Positions 17,814-28,030 of a stretch of DNA of 64,000 nucleotides are shown in pieces. Under the pieces are notes generated by a model, which ran no database searches, had not been told where the DNA came from, and was given only the letters and a program-made list of their open reading frames with translations. The stretch's first letter is position 1, and each line of letters begins with the position of its first letter. Source of the DNA: an uncultured Omnitrophica bacterium (GTDB lineage: Bacteria; Omnitrophota; Gorgyraeia; JACQQV01); the NCBI GenBank assembly GCA_947085655.1, contig CAMTXH010000009.1, forward strand, positions 3,738 through 67,737, in the 5' to 3' direction. The position numbers and the translations under genes are program-made.

Positions 17814-19624
17814 ACAGCACAAAAACCATCGAAAAAGTATCCCGGATAACCGCGCAGACACTGACCAGCCGTTTTCTGGCCTATCTGCCGGAACCGGGGA
17901 TTTCCAACGGAAGCCTTACCGCCCGTCTTTCCCGGTATGCTGAGAGTGTCGGTCTGACCATCCGTCGAAGCGATCCTTTTTTCTTCGCATGCGCACTTCC
18001 ACAGTCCATGAATAACCAAGAGAAAGGTATTTCGGAGGACGAAACGGTGCTGGATGTTTTTCCAGGAACAGCCGCTTCCAAGCGTTCCTTCAATGTCCCC
18101 TCGGGGAGATGGGATTGGGAAGCGTGGCACAAGATGGCTTCCCGGGAAGCGCAGTGTTATAACCTTTTCCGGCTGACGGATGAAGGCATGGAGTGGCAGA
18201 GCGACCCGTTAAGTCTCAAACCATTTTATCAGGCGGAAGTTCAAGGGGGCACCCTTTTGGGGTCACGGATTACTGATCTGGTTCATCTTTTTCCGGAACT
18301 CATTAAGCCCCTGGACGAGACCAGTGTCTATGGATTCCTTATTATGAATGCGTTCCCTTCCGACCGGACGCTCCATGCAAAAATCAGGCGCGCACCGACA
18401 GGCGCTGTCTACCGTTGGACGCCTCGTGAGGGGCTTTCCGTGACGCGGGAACGGCGCCTTAAAGCCCCGCCGGTGAATGCGAACGGGGACGTCAAGGAAA
18501 TGGTTATGCAAATCCGGGAGGCGATGGAAAGGAGTCTCTTTGAAAGAATCCAAAATGCCGCTTTGCCCCCTGTTCTTTCCTTATCCGGGGGATTTGATTC
18601 CCGCCTCATCGCAGCGATGGTCTGCCGGAGGGGCCTTCCCCTCAAGGCCTATACGTACGGGAATCCCCACCATCACGAAGTCTGGGTGGCCAAGCAGATT
18701 GCAAAACTCCTCGGGCTCGATCATACGCTTCTTCCTTATCGGGAAAATAACCTCTTGGAGCGCCTCCCGATTCACTTGGATCTTTTGGAAGGCCACGCGG
18801 ATCTGGGTGTCGTGCAGGTTGCGAATACTTTTCAGATAGAAAGCCCTGCAGGGACTCCGCTCCTTCATGGTCTTTTGGGGGAGACCCTTGCGGGAAATGT
18901 CGCATGGCCGGAAGAAAAAGAATATGAAAATCCCGACACTTTTGCGAGGGCAATCATCCGGGAATATTCAAGGAAGGTTGTATTCGAGGGGCTCCCATGG
19001 TTGGAAGAAGAGAGAATGGAAGAGGCCCAGCGCAAGGACATCAAGTCGTATCTTCAGCAGGACCACCCCTCTTATCAGGCGATGATGCTCTGGGACCTTG
19101 AATACCACCAGCGACGGGACGGCGGGGCCTATATTGGGTTGGTTGCAAACCACTTTGATGTCATGGCACCCAATTACGATCTTGAGGTGATGAAGGCATG
19201 GCTTTCCGTGCCGCGCATCGCCCTTGAGAAGAGGTCATTTTTCCGGGAGCTGTTGGCGCGGGAATTTCCGGAACTGGCAAAGATTCCGCATCCGACAGAG
19301 ATGCACCCGATTTTGCCGAATCTGAAACGGCAACTCGCTTTTTATCTGGAGGGGAAATGGTCGCGGCTCCGGATGCGGCTTCTCGGAAAACATCCGAATA
19401 TCGAACTTCTCTGGTGTGTACTGACGCCCGGCCAGAGACAGACGATGCTTTCTGAGATCGGCTCCCTCCGGGAGGTTGCGGAGGATGGACTGGGGTTGAA
19501 AATGCCCGAGGATGTCAAGATGTTGGAAAAAAGCCATCCCCAAATTGTCAGGAACCTTTTTTTGATGACGCGCTATGCGGCATGGATTTTAAACGGGAAC
19601 AAAGCCGAAGAGGTACGCGTATGA
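17810..19624 (+). CDS. Second, divergent AsnB-like adenylating protein
   Basis: SDPLSLKPFY, LSLSGGFDSR, AYTYG; degenerate Ntn domain without Cys1. Confidence 0.75.
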   Translation: MNSTKTIEKVSRITAQTLTSRFLAYLPEPGISNGSLTARLSRYAESVGLTIRRSDPFFFACALPQSMNNQEKGISEDETVLDVFPGTAASKRSFNVPSGRWDWEAWHKMASREAQCYNLFRLTDEGMEWQSDPLSLKPFYQAEVQGGTLLGSRITDLVHLFPELIKPLDETSVYGFLIMNAFPSDRTLHAKIRRAPTGAVYRWTPREGLSVTRERRLKAPPVNANGDVKEMVMQIREAMERSLFERIQNAALPPVLSLSGGFDSRLIAAMVCRRGLPLKAYTYGNPHHHEVWVAKQIAKLLGLDHTLLPYRENNLLERLPIHLDLLEGHADLGVVQVANTFQIESPAGTPLLHGLLGETLAGNVAWPEEKEYENPDTFARAIIREYSRKVVFEGLPWLEEERMEEAQRKDIKSYLQQDHPSYQAMMLWDLEYHQRRDGGAYIGLVANHFDVMAPNYDLEVMKAWLSVPRIALEKRSFFRELLAREFPELAKIPHPTEMHPILPNLKRQLAFYLEGKWSRLRMRLLGKHPNIELLWCVLTPGQRQTMLSEIGSLREVAEDGLGLKMPEDVKMLEKSHPQIVRNLFLMTRYAAWILNGNKAEEVRV

Positions 19625-20331
19625 ACGCCGTTTCACGTTTATGGAAATGCTATCGGGATTACGGTCCGGCCGAAACCTTCTGGCGGCTTTTGCACCGTTT
19701 CCGGATTATTTCGATCAATCACTCGCTTGATCTTTTCTTGAGGGAGTTTAAACGGCTGCCGGGGGAGGGGCGGAACGGGATTCCGCGGACTGTGGATGTC
19801 GGAGGGCTTCAGGTGTTGTTGCGGGAGATCAGTCTTGGGGAGGTTGAAACGTTGAAAGTTGCGGACGGCCTTCGCTATACGGAAAGGGAATCAGTGCAAA
19901 AAGCCCTTCAGAGACTTATGAAGGAGGGAGGACGATTTTTCGCGGCATTCGCGGATGATCGGGTCGTGGCGCTGAACGGCATCCACCGCTCTTTTGCCAA
20001 TCTTTCCTTTATTCAGAAGCCGTTGGTCCGGCTGCCGGAAGGGGTAGTTTACTTCAATGCGGCCCTGACAGCACCGGACTACCGGAATCGAGGAATCGGA
20101 ACGGCTCTCCGCCGCCACGTCTTCAGTGTCATGCAGCGGAGCGGCTACCACGGTGTGACGCTCGCCGTTTTCATCGAAAACAAGGGAGCGATCCGGTGGC
20201 AGGAGGCGAACGGTTTCAAGCGGTGGGGAAGGATCCGGTATATCAAGGGGTTTGGACGCGAATTTTGGCGAACCCGGTTGACCGAAATGGGACATCGGTA
20301 TCCGAATCTTCTGGCGGGAGGGACTTCATGA
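19621..20331 (+). CDS. GNAT-family acyltransferase (paralog of 17112-17813)
   Basis: TAPDYRNRGIG, ENKGA...GFKRWG; ATG overlaps the previous stop. Confidence 0.85.
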   Translation: MNAVSRLWKCYRDYGPAETFWRLLHRFRIISINHSLDLFLREFKRLPGEGRNGIPRTVDVGGLQVLLREISLGEVETLKVADGLRYTERESVQKALQRLMKEGGRFFAAFADDRVVALNGIHRSFANLSFIQKPLVRLPEGVVYFNAALTAPDYRNRGIGTALRRHVFSVMQRSGYHGVTLAVFIENKGAIRWQEANGFKRWGRIRYIKGFGREFWRTRLTEMGHRYPNLLAGGTS

Positions 20332-21062
20332 GCATTCGGAGTTTTGCCATGACCTATCCCCAACTGATGAATCAGGCGATGGCGCAGGGATTGAGTAAAG
20401 GCGACATCCAACGTCTCCGGACTGCTTATGATGTGGCGGAGGAATGGTTTAACAGTTTTTACAGGGGACAGGGCGTGCCATTTATTTGCCATGTGGTCCG
20501 GACGGCAAGCATTGTCCTTTCGGAGCGTCAGCCGGTGGAAGTAGTGATGGCTGCGATGCTCCATGCGGTTTATATGCGGGGTCTTTTTTCCGGATACCAC
20601 CGGAATCAGCCGGTTGAGAAACTCCGGAGCGAGATCCGGAAAGCGGTCGGCGAAGAAGTGGAGGCACTGATCTGGGCCTACGAAACATTTCCCTGGTATT
20701 CGCAACCTGCGCTCGACTGTCATTTGAAAGAAATGGAGACGTACGACCCGATGAAACGGCGTGTTCTTGTAATGCGGGTGGCGAATGAACTCGAAGATTA
20801 CCTGGATCTGGGGATGGTATATCGCAAAGGAGACGGTTTCCGGAAACGGATTGAGCTCTATCGCGGGCGGTTTACGGAGATTGCACGACGGCTCGGCCTT
20901 TCCCGGATTGCAGAAGAACTGAATGAGGCCTATGAGACTCACCTGGTTGCCTGCTTGCCGGAGGAGACTACCCGGGAACATGCCAATGCCTACTGGCGCC
21001 AAGATCGCACCAACAGGTTCAAGGCACTTTTCGAGAAAGCGGTCTCTCTGGTGAAAAGATGA
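20328..21062 (+). CDS. HD-domain-like protein with a degenerate HD motif
   Basis: YRGQGVPFICH...AAMLHAVY resembles RelA/SpoT-type HD (R..G.PY..H...AALLHD) with the Asp lost. Confidence 0.6.
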   Translation: MSIRSFAMTYPQLMNQAMAQGLSKGDIQRLRTAYDVAEEWFNSFYRGQGVPFICHVVRTASIVLSERQPVEVVMAAMLHAVYMRGLFSGYHRNQPVEKLRSEIRKAVGEEVEALIWAYETFPWYSQPALDCHLKEMETYDPMKRRVLVMRVANELEDYLDLGMVYRKGDGFRKRIELYRGRFTEIARRLGLSRIAEELNEAYETHLVACLPEETTREHANAYWRQDRTNRFKALFEKAVSLVKR

Positions 21063-21787
21063 AACTTTCCATAGATTCAGACATCGTCTTTCAGGAACTC
21101 GATTTCCTGAAGGAGGATAAAGAGCTCCTTTCCGCGGCCAAGGCCTGCTTGGATGCGCATAAGACATGGGAAGAGAAACTATTGAAGACAACCTTCAGGC
21201 CGAATCCCCGCGCAGCGGAGGAGGTTTCTGAAGAGGCGCTTCAGGCGATTCTCCGGAAAGGAAAAAAGGTAAACGGCATCTTGACCGACCGATACATTAC
21301 AAACTGCGTTATTTTTGACCTTCCGGGGGTGAAGGATATGGTCAAGGAGGAGGAGATTTCGGAACTGAGGCAGAAACTGGATCGGATTGTCACCCTCCGG
21401 GTCCGGGGACTGTTCGGAATGCCGGAGGGGCTCTGGGTTTACAAAAGCGGCCATTTTCTCTATCCGCCGGGCGGTTTCATGAGTTGGCACACCAATGCCA
21501 ACGGCTACGGCTGGCGGCTTTATATCAACTATGTAGAGGAACCGGGCAAATCCTTTTTCAGATACCGGGATCCGGACACAGGGAAAATCATGACCTTATG
21601 GGATAAGGAATGGAATTTCAGAGTCTTTAAGATCGACCCCAAAAGACTATTCTGGCATGCGGTTTATTCAGAGACAAACCGGTACAGTTTCGGATTCCGG
21701 ATCCATCCGGAACCGAAACTCACCCTTCCGCAGCGTGTGGCAAGAAAGGCCAAAACGCTTCTTGAGAAGGCGGGCGTGACCTCATGA
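21059..21787 (+). CDS. Cupin / 2OG-Fe(II) oxygenase-like protein
   Basis: YPPGGFMSWHTN...FWHAV...RYSFGF pattern (Hx[N]...H...RxS). Confidence 0.6.
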   Translation: MKLSIDSDIVFQELDFLKEDKELLSAAKACLDAHKTWEEKLLKTTFRPNPRAAEEVSEEALQAILRKGKKVNGILTDRYITNCVIFDLPGVKDMVKEEEISELRQKLDRIVTLRVRGLFGMPEGLWVYKSGHFLYPPGGFMSWHTNANGYGWRLYINYVEEPGKSFFRYRDPDTGKIMTLWDKEWNFRVFKIDPKRLFWHAVYSETNRYSFGFRIHPEPKLTLPQRVARKAKTLLEKAGVTS

Positions 21788-22758
21788 GCAACGATCCAAA
21801 AATCAGCGTCGTGGTTCCGACCTATAACCGTTCGGAAAGTCTCCGGGATACCCTGGAGGGGCTCAAGATTCAATCGCTTGATGGGGTAGGTCCGGATTTT
21901 GAAGTGATTGTGGTGGATAACCATTCGACCGACCGGACAAGGGAGGTTGTGGAGGAGATCCGAAAAGATTTTGGAAAGCCGCTTCATTATGTTTTTGAGG
22001 GAAGACAGGGAGTCGCATACGCGAGGAATGCAGGGGTTCGGAAAGCCAAGGGAGAAATCATCGCCTTTTCCGATGATGATGTTATCCCGGATCCAAATTG
22101 GCTCCAGTCACTCTGGGGTTGTTTCCTTGAAGAAAGAGCAGACCTTGTGGGAGGAAAGATTGAATTACTTTGGCTTTCGGAGCAACCCTCTTGGCTTTCA
22201 GACCGGTTGATGGTGCCTTTGATCGCGATCGATCATGGCCCAAAGCGCTTTCAGGTTCAAGCCAATGGCATCCGGTTTGTAACGGCAAACCTTGCCTGCC
22301 GCCGTTCACTTTTTAACCGTCTGGGTCCGTTTCGCGAAGATCTGGGCCGTCGGGGCAAAACGTTGATCGGCGGAGAGGACTTTGAGTGGTTTGACCGTGT
22401 CATGAAAGCCGGGAGTCGGATCTTTTACGAACCGGAAGCAAAGGTCCTTCATAAAGTTTGGGGAGAGAAAGTGGCGGAAGATTACATTTTGCGATGGTTC
22501 CTGAATATCGGAAGGACCCACGGCCACATGATGGACTGGAAATGGCACCATGCGATGACGCTTTTGCCGGTCTGGTGCTGGAAAGAGACACTCAACGCCT
22601 TCTTTCGTCAATGGGTCGCGGGGCCTTTTTTGAAAGATAAAACAAAGGCCCTTGAGGCGAAGACGCAGGAACTTTTTTATCGGGGACTTGTGGAAGAGCG
22701 CGGATCGCATTGGTTCAGCCGGCTTTTCCGAAAACCGGTCTCCTGCCATTTTATTTAA
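21784..22758 (+). CDS. GT2 glycosyltransferase
   Basis: ISVVVPTYNR, VVDNHSTD, ARNAG, FSDDD, GGEDFE. Confidence 0.9.
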   Translation: MSNDPKISVVVPTYNRSESLRDTLEGLKIQSLDGVGPDFEVIVVDNHSTDRTREVVEEIRKDFGKPLHYVFEGRQGVAYARNAGVRKAKGEIIAFSDDDVIPDPNWLQSLWGCFLEERADLVGGKIELLWLSEQPSWLSDRLMVPLIAIDHGPKRFQVQANGIRFVTANLACRRSLFNRLGPFREDLGRRGKTLIGGEDFEWFDRVMKAGSRIFYEPEAKVLHKVWGEKVAEDYILRWFLNIGRTHGHMMDWKWHHAMTLLPVWCWKETLNAFFRQWVAGPFLKDKTKALEAKTQELFYRGLVEERGSHWFSRLFRKPVSCHFI

Positions 22759-22779
22759 GGGGATCAGAAAGGAGACAAG

Positions 22780-23754
22780 ATGCAACAGCCAGAAAAACCG
22801 AAGGTGACGGTGGTGGTGGTCCCGCGGGAGAGTTTCAACTTGTTCCCGGAGGTGATCGAGCGGATTTATCGGGTGACCCCGCCCATTTTCAAGATGCTTG
22901 TGATGGAGGGGCATGCTCCCGAAAGGGTTCGGATGCAACTCCGCCGGATTCAGGAGACCCGGCCCAACTGCCGGGTGATCTGGTCCGACCGGTGGCTCTA
23001 TCCGCATGAAGCGGTGAATCAGGCGATCCCATTGGTGGATACGGAATATGTCGTTTTCATCGATAACGATGTGGAGGCCGCGGAGGGGTGGCTTGAGGCG
23101 CTCGTGGCTTGTGCCGAGGAAGAAAAGGTCGGATGCGTCCATCCGATCTATCTTACCGAGAGACTTTCGAGCCCTATTCAGAAGATTCATGTGGCGGAAG
23201 GAAAACTTGTTAGGAAGAAAATGAACGGCAAGTGGTTCATTGACACCACCATGCCTTATTCCGGGAAGTCCCTTTCCGAATATCCGGACCGGCAGAGGAA
23301 ACCGAGCGACTTTTTCGAATGGCACTGCGTTCTTTTCCGGAAGAGTCTTTTAGAGAAAGTCGGACCGCTGGATGACTTGAACATTGCCGAGCACCTTGAT
23401 TACGTATTCAGGATTCAACGGGCGGAAGATCGTGTGATGCTCGAACCAAAGGCGGTCGTTGCCTATGACTATGAGCGGATCTGGAAGTTACGGGGAGCGG
23501 ACAGAAGCTATATGTTGTACCGATGGGACGTCGAGAAGGCAGCCCGGTCGCTTGAGCGACTCCGGGAGAAATGGGACCTGGCTCCGGAATCAACAGCCCG
23601 GCGGCTTTATTGGGTGAGGGAACATACGGCAAGGGTCCGGAACACGTATCTTATCCCCCGGCTCATCAACCGGCTCCGCCGCCAGGTGGGACTTCAGCCG
23701 ATGTCCCTTTTGAAGGATCCGAGACCGAGGGCGCTCACAGGAACAATGAAATGA
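22780..23754 (+). CDS. GT2 glycosyltransferase (VVVPRE subtype)
   Basis: VTVVVVPRE, YVVFIDNDV, EWHCVL, EHLD. Confidence 0.8.
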   Translation: MQQPEKPKVTVVVVPRESFNLFPEVIERIYRVTPPIFKMLVMEGHAPERVRMQLRRIQETRPNCRVIWSDRWLYPHEAVNQAIPLVDTEYVVFIDNDVEAAEGWLEALVACAEEEKVGCVHPIYLTERLSSPIQKIHVAEGKLVRKKMNGKWFIDTTMPYSGKSLSEYPDRQRKPSDFFEWHCVLFRKSLLEKVGPLDDLNIAEHLDYVFRIQRAEDRVMLEPKAVVAYDYERIWKLRGADRSYMLYRWDVEKAARSLERLREKWDLAPESTARRLYWVREHTARVRNTYLIPRLINRLRRQVGLQPMSLLKDPRPRALTGTMK

Positions 23755-24713
23755 ACCCACCGACGGTCAGTGTGATTATTCCGACCTATAACCGCGCGCA
23801 CTTAATCCGGGAAGCGCTGGAGAGTGTCTTTTCCCAGACCTACCGTGATTATGAAGTGATCGTGGTGGATGACGGATCCACCGATAACACGCGGGAGATC
23901 CTCGCTTCTTATCGGGACCGGATCCACATCGTCTGGCAGGAGAATCAGGGCATTTCCGCGGCCCGGAACCGGGGTATTCTCCTCGCCAGGGGAAAGTATC
24001 TTGCATTTCTTGATTCGGACGACCGGTGGCTTCCGGAAAAACTCGAAAGACAGGTTTCCTATTTGGATCAAAATTCCTACATGGGATTGGTCTCTAGCCA
24101 TCTTTGGCGTTATGAAATCGGAAAGGAAAAGGAGCGGGAGCGGGTTCCGCGAAGCATCGGACGGAGCTTCGGGGAACTGGTGACCGGCCCGAATTTCATC
24201 GATACCTCCACTGTGGTCATTCGGAAACGGTGCATCGAGGTCGTCGGCAACTTTGACGAGTCGATGCCGGCGGCGGAAGATTGGGAACTTTGGGTCCGGA
24301 TCGCGAAGCGCTTCGGGATCCACTGCATGGAAGATATCTTGGCGGAACATCGGTGGCATCCGGCAAACACCACCAAAGACATGACCAAGGTCTATGAGGG
24401 GTATTGGAAATTTTACAAAAAGGTCCTCCGGCTTCACCGAACACTTCTCCCGAATATCCGTTATTTTAAAGACCGGAAGGCCTTCTTTCAGTACCTCCTC
24501 GGCACAACCTATTTGAAGCAGAAAAAGATGCACAAGGCCCTTTACCACATTGCCGGCGCATTGAAGGGAGAATGGTCCATCGGGATCTCCTTTGATCAGA
24601 GACATTCCCTCGGGTCGCGGATTCAATATTTTCTGAAACCATATGCCGCGTTCACGGTCAGTATTTTCGGGGCGATGGTGTCCATTGTGATTCCGGCCTG
24701 GAGGTCCCAATGA
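23751..24713 (+). CDS. GT2 glycosyltransferase
   Basis: VSVIIPTYNR, VVDDGSTD, FLDSDD, EDWELW; ATG at 23751 overlaps the previous stop. Confidence 0.9.
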   Translation: MNPPTVSVIIPTYNRAHLIREALESVFSQTYRDYEVIVVDDGSTDNTREILASYRDRIHIVWQENQGISAARNRGILLARGKYLAFLDSDDRWLPEKLERQVSYLDQNSYMGLVSSHLWRYEIGKEKERERVPRSIGRSFGELVTGPNFIDTSTVVIRKRCIEVVGNFDESMPAAEDWELWVRIAKRFGIHCMEDILAEHRWHPANTTKDMTKVYEGYWKFYKKVLRLHRTLLPNIRYFKDRKAFFQYLLGTTYLKQKKMHKALYHIAGALKGEWSIGISFDQRHSLGSRIQYFLKPYAAFTVSIFGAMVSIVIPAWRSQ

Positions 24714-27700
24714 ACCGGGAAATCCGTCTCCTCATGATTGTTTCGGGCGACACAAAATTTTTGGAGCCGATGCTTCCGACGAACGCGTGGCTGCAAAAGC
24801 GGCACATCGCCTATGGCCATCGGATCGGCCGCCTTTCGATTCTGGTCAAGACGACCGGAGAAAAGTGGCCCATCCGGAATCTCTCGGAGAAGGTCACCGT
24901 TTATCCGACCAATTCAGCCAATTCCCTTTCGGCGGTCTGGGATCTTTATCGGGAGGGAATCAGGATTGCGAGAAAGGAGCAGCTGAATCTGATTGTAACC
25001 GGCGATATCTTTGGATGCGCCTGGGTGGCGTATGCCCTGAAACGGCGTCTCGGGATTCCGCTTGCTCTTCAGATGCTCGGCGATTTTGTTGATAATCCGT
25101 ACTGGGTGAAGGAGCGGTTGCGATTCCGCCTTTTGAACATCGTCGCCAAATGGCTCATCAAAAGGACGGATGCGGTCAGGGTGCATGGGGAAAGGGTGCG
25201 GGAAAAACTGATTCGACGGTTCGGATTTCCGCCGGAGAAGGTGCGCGCCATTCCGATTCCGATCCAGCGCGAGTCCTTTTTGAAAGTCTCCGAAAAGGAG
25301 GCGGCCGGAAAGACGGTTCTTTGGATCGGCCGGATGGTCCCTCAAAAAGACCTCTCCACTTTTCTACGGACCGCCACGCGGGTTCTTGCCCGTCATCCCG
25401 AGGCCCGGTTCCGGCTGATCGGGGAGGGGTTTGAAGCGGCGGCAGCCAAAGCACTAGCCAAAATCCTGAGAATTGATTCATCGATCGAGTGGGTCGGAAC
25501 CGTGCCATACGAGCAGATTCCGGACTATTTGGCTCAATGCGATCTTCTTGTCCTCAGTTCCCGCTTTGAAGATGCCCCGAGGGTTCTGGTGGAGGCCTCG
25601 CTTGCAGGACGGCCGGTGGTGACGACGGGAGTCGGGGGTGCGGATGAAGTGGTCCAGGACGGAAAGACCGGATTCATCATTCCAGTCGGAGACGATAAGG
25701 CACTTGCTGAGAAAATTTCTCTTCTTTTTTCGGAGCCGGAGCGCGCAAAGGCGCTCGGCCGCACCGGACGGGAATTTGCGAAGACTCTGTGGCATTTCGA
25801 TACGATTTTGGAGGAGTTGACGCATTGGTGGCAGCAGGCCATCAACCGTTCCGGCGGAGACTCGCGGCAACCGGTTGTTCTTGTGGCCGAATCGGGAAGC
25901 GGATTCGGAGGGACTGCCAAGTATCTCTATACCCTTTTGTCCAACGGGAGACAGCAGCCGGGACACCTTCAGATCCTGACTTACCGTAGCGGACCTTTCT
26001 TAAAGAGGGTGGAGGAGTTGGGGTATCGTCTCTTTCGCGCACCGGTCTTACGCTTCCCCTGGTTTGAAAATTTCCTAAAGCCGACGAAAAAAATGAATTC
26101 TCTTCGGTATGGATTCGGTGCTCTTGTCATGGTGATCCAACTTCTTCTTTTGGTTCCCGGAACGGCGCTCTGGCTTTTCTGGAAGCGGGTCCGGCTGGTC
26201 CATTTAAACAATGAAATCCATTCACACCTTGTGCTTCTTTTGGCCGCGCGAGTTGCCGGATGCCGGGTGCTCTGCCACCTCCATGGATGGCGCCCCTGGA
26301 CCCGGCTTGAAAAGATGGCGGCCCGGTTTGTTCATCTTTATATCGGAATTACGCATCGGGGGACTCATTTTTATCGGGACATCTGCCCGAAGGGGCGGTT
26401 TGTCACGGTGGCGAACGGCGTCGCCTTCGAACAGGAAAATGGTTCCGAGAAGCGACAGACTATCCGGAGGGAGTTCGGCCTCGGAGAAAACGACATCTGT
26501 TTGGGGATGCTCGGACGGATGATTCCTGAAAAGGGACAGGAAATTTTCCTGGAGACGTTTCAAAGGATTGCTCAAAAAGGCCTGCCGGTTCATGCGTTTC
26601 TGGTCGGCGGAGCGGAAGGGGACGGCTCTTTCCTTGACCAACTTCACCGCAAGATCGAGGGTTTGGGCATCAAGAAGAAGGTGCACTTTGCAGGGTTTCA
26701 AAAAGAGACGGCGCCTTATCTTGAGGCGATGGATATTGTGGTCAGCCCTTCCTTAATACCGGAATCGTTTGGGCTCGGAATTGCAGAGGCGATGGCGGCG
26801 GGGAAGCCGGTAGTGGCCCATGCGACCGGTGCGGTTCCGGAATTGGTGCAGGACCGGATCACGGGACTTCTTGTTTCTCCCGATCAGCCGGGACGGCTTG
26901 AAGCCGCCATTCTTGAACTGATTCGGGACCGGCTGTTTGCCGAGGAAATGGGGGAACGGGGAAGAGAGTATGTATTGCAGCATTTTGACATCCGCCAAAA
27001 CGTCCGGAAGATCCATCGGATTTATAAGGTCCTATTGAACGAGTCCAGATTTCTTCAACCCTCCGTTTTAACCACCTATCCGATTCCGCAAAGCCCCCTC
27101 TGGAAGAGCCGGACGGTGCTGGCAGCGCCTCGTCAGAGAAAACGCCTTTTCCTCGGCCGTCTGGGCATTCGGGATCTTTCCCTTGTTTTCCGTCTTTTCC
27201 GGATGCGTCGCCATTTTGATTTGATCCTGACCGGTGCCGAACGGGAGGATTGTCTCTTTGCCCTGCTCCAGTCCGTTCTTCCCGGAAAGAAAATTCCCCA
27301 TATCATGGTGGAGTGTCTTTGGAAGCATGAATCGAATTCCCCGAAGCGCTTTTTTAAACGGATGCTCCTTCACAGCGTCAACCGTTCGGTGGATCGGTTT
27401 GTTGTCTGGTCCTCCGAGGAAAAGGAAAGCCACCCGGCTTACTTCGGCCTTCCGCGCAAGAAATTCGTCTTCGTGCCGCATCATGTCACGCTGGGAGGGT
27501 ATGATATCACGCCCAAAAACGGTGACTACATTTTCTCCGGAGGGGATTCCTCCAGGGACTATCGCACCCTTCTTGAGGCGGTCGAACCTCTTTCGGTCCA
27601 GACGGTGATCGTGGCTCGTCAAGCGGCTTCCTGGAACGGAAAACCGCTTCCGTCCCATGTGACGGCGAAGGCGACCGATCCGGTTGAATTCCGGAGACTG

Positions 27701-28030
27701 ATGGCCGGTTCCCGAATGGTGGTGCTTCCCTTTCCCGGCGGGATGCTTCAGAGCGCCGGTCAGCAAACTTACCTGAATGCGATGAGTCTGAGAAAACCGG
27801 TGATTGTGAGCCACGTTCCCGGCGTCCTTGACTATATCATCCCGGATGTGACCGGCATTGTGGTTCCGCCGGAGGATCCGGAAGCGCTCCGGAAGGCCAT
27901 CCTCCGTGTTTTAAAAGGGGGTCCTGAGATTGAGAAGATGGTGGAGGCGGCCCACCGGCGCGTTGAGGCGGAATTTTCGCTGGGGCATTTTGTGGAAAGA
28001 CTCCTGGCATTGACGGAGGAACTTCGATGA
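24710..28030 (+). CDS. Triple GT4 (GT-B) glycosyltransferase fusion
   Basis: Three GT4 C-terminal signatures: EDAPRVLVEASLAGRPVV, ESFGLGIAEAMAAGKPVV, GQQTYLNAMSLRKPVI. Confidence 0.85.
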   Translation: MNREIRLLMIVSGDTKFLEPMLPTNAWLQKRHIAYGHRIGRLSILVKTTGEKWPIRNLSEKVTVYPTNSANSLSAVWDLYREGIRIARKEQLNLIVTGDIFGCAWVAYALKRRLGIPLALQMLGDFVDNPYWVKERLRFRLLNIVAKWLIKRTDAVRVHGERVREKLIRRFGFPPEKVRAIPIPIQRESFLKVSEKEAAGKTVLWIGRMVPQKDLSTFLRTATRVLARHPEARFRLIGEGFEAAAAKALAKILRIDSSIEWVGTVPYEQIPDYLAQCDLLVLSSRFEDAPRVLVEASLAGRPVVTTGVGGADEVVQDGKTGFIIPVGDDKALAEKISLLFSEPERAKALGRTGREFAKTLWHFDTILEELTHWWQQAINRSGGDSRQPVVLVAESGSGFGGTAKYLYTLLSNGRQQPGHLQILTYRSGPFLKRVEELGYRLFRAPVLRFPWFENFLKPTKKMNSLRYGFGALVMVIQLLLLVPGTALWLFWKRVRLVHLNNEIHSHLVLLLAARVAGCRVLCHLHGWRPWTRLEKMAARFVHLYIGITHRGTHFYRDICPKGRFVTVANGVAFEQENGSEKRQTIRREFGLGENDICLGMLGRMIPEKGQEIFLETFQRIAQKGLPVHAFLVGGAEGDGSFLDQLHRKIEGLGIKKKVHFAGFQKETAPYLEAMDIVVSPSLIPESFGLGIAEAMAAGKPVVAHATGAVPELVQDRITGLLVSPDQPGRLEAAILELIRDRLFAEEMGERGREYVLQHFDIRQNVRKIHRIYKVLLNESRFLQPSVLTTYPIPQSPLWKSRTVLAAPRQRKRLFLGRLGIRDLSLVFRLFRMRRHFDLILTGAEREDCLFALLQSVLPGKKIPHIMVECLWKHESNSPKRFFKRMLLHSVNRSVDRFVVWSSEEKESHPAYFGLPRKKFVFVPHHVTLGGYDITPKNGDYIFSGGDSSRDYRTLLEAVEPLSVQTVIVARQAASWNGKPLPSHVTAKATDPVEFRRLMAGSRMVVLPFPGGMLQSAGQQTYLNAMSLRKPVIVSHVPGVLDYIIPDVTGIVVPPEDPEALRKAILRVLKGGPEIEKMVEAAHRRVEAEFSLGHFVERLLALTEELR

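Noticed and set aside
15253-19624. Lasso peptide cluster (AsnB-like proteins as cyclases)
   Set aside because: No precursor, RRE/PqqD or transglutaminase-like B protein is visible, and the context is polysaccharide synthesis.
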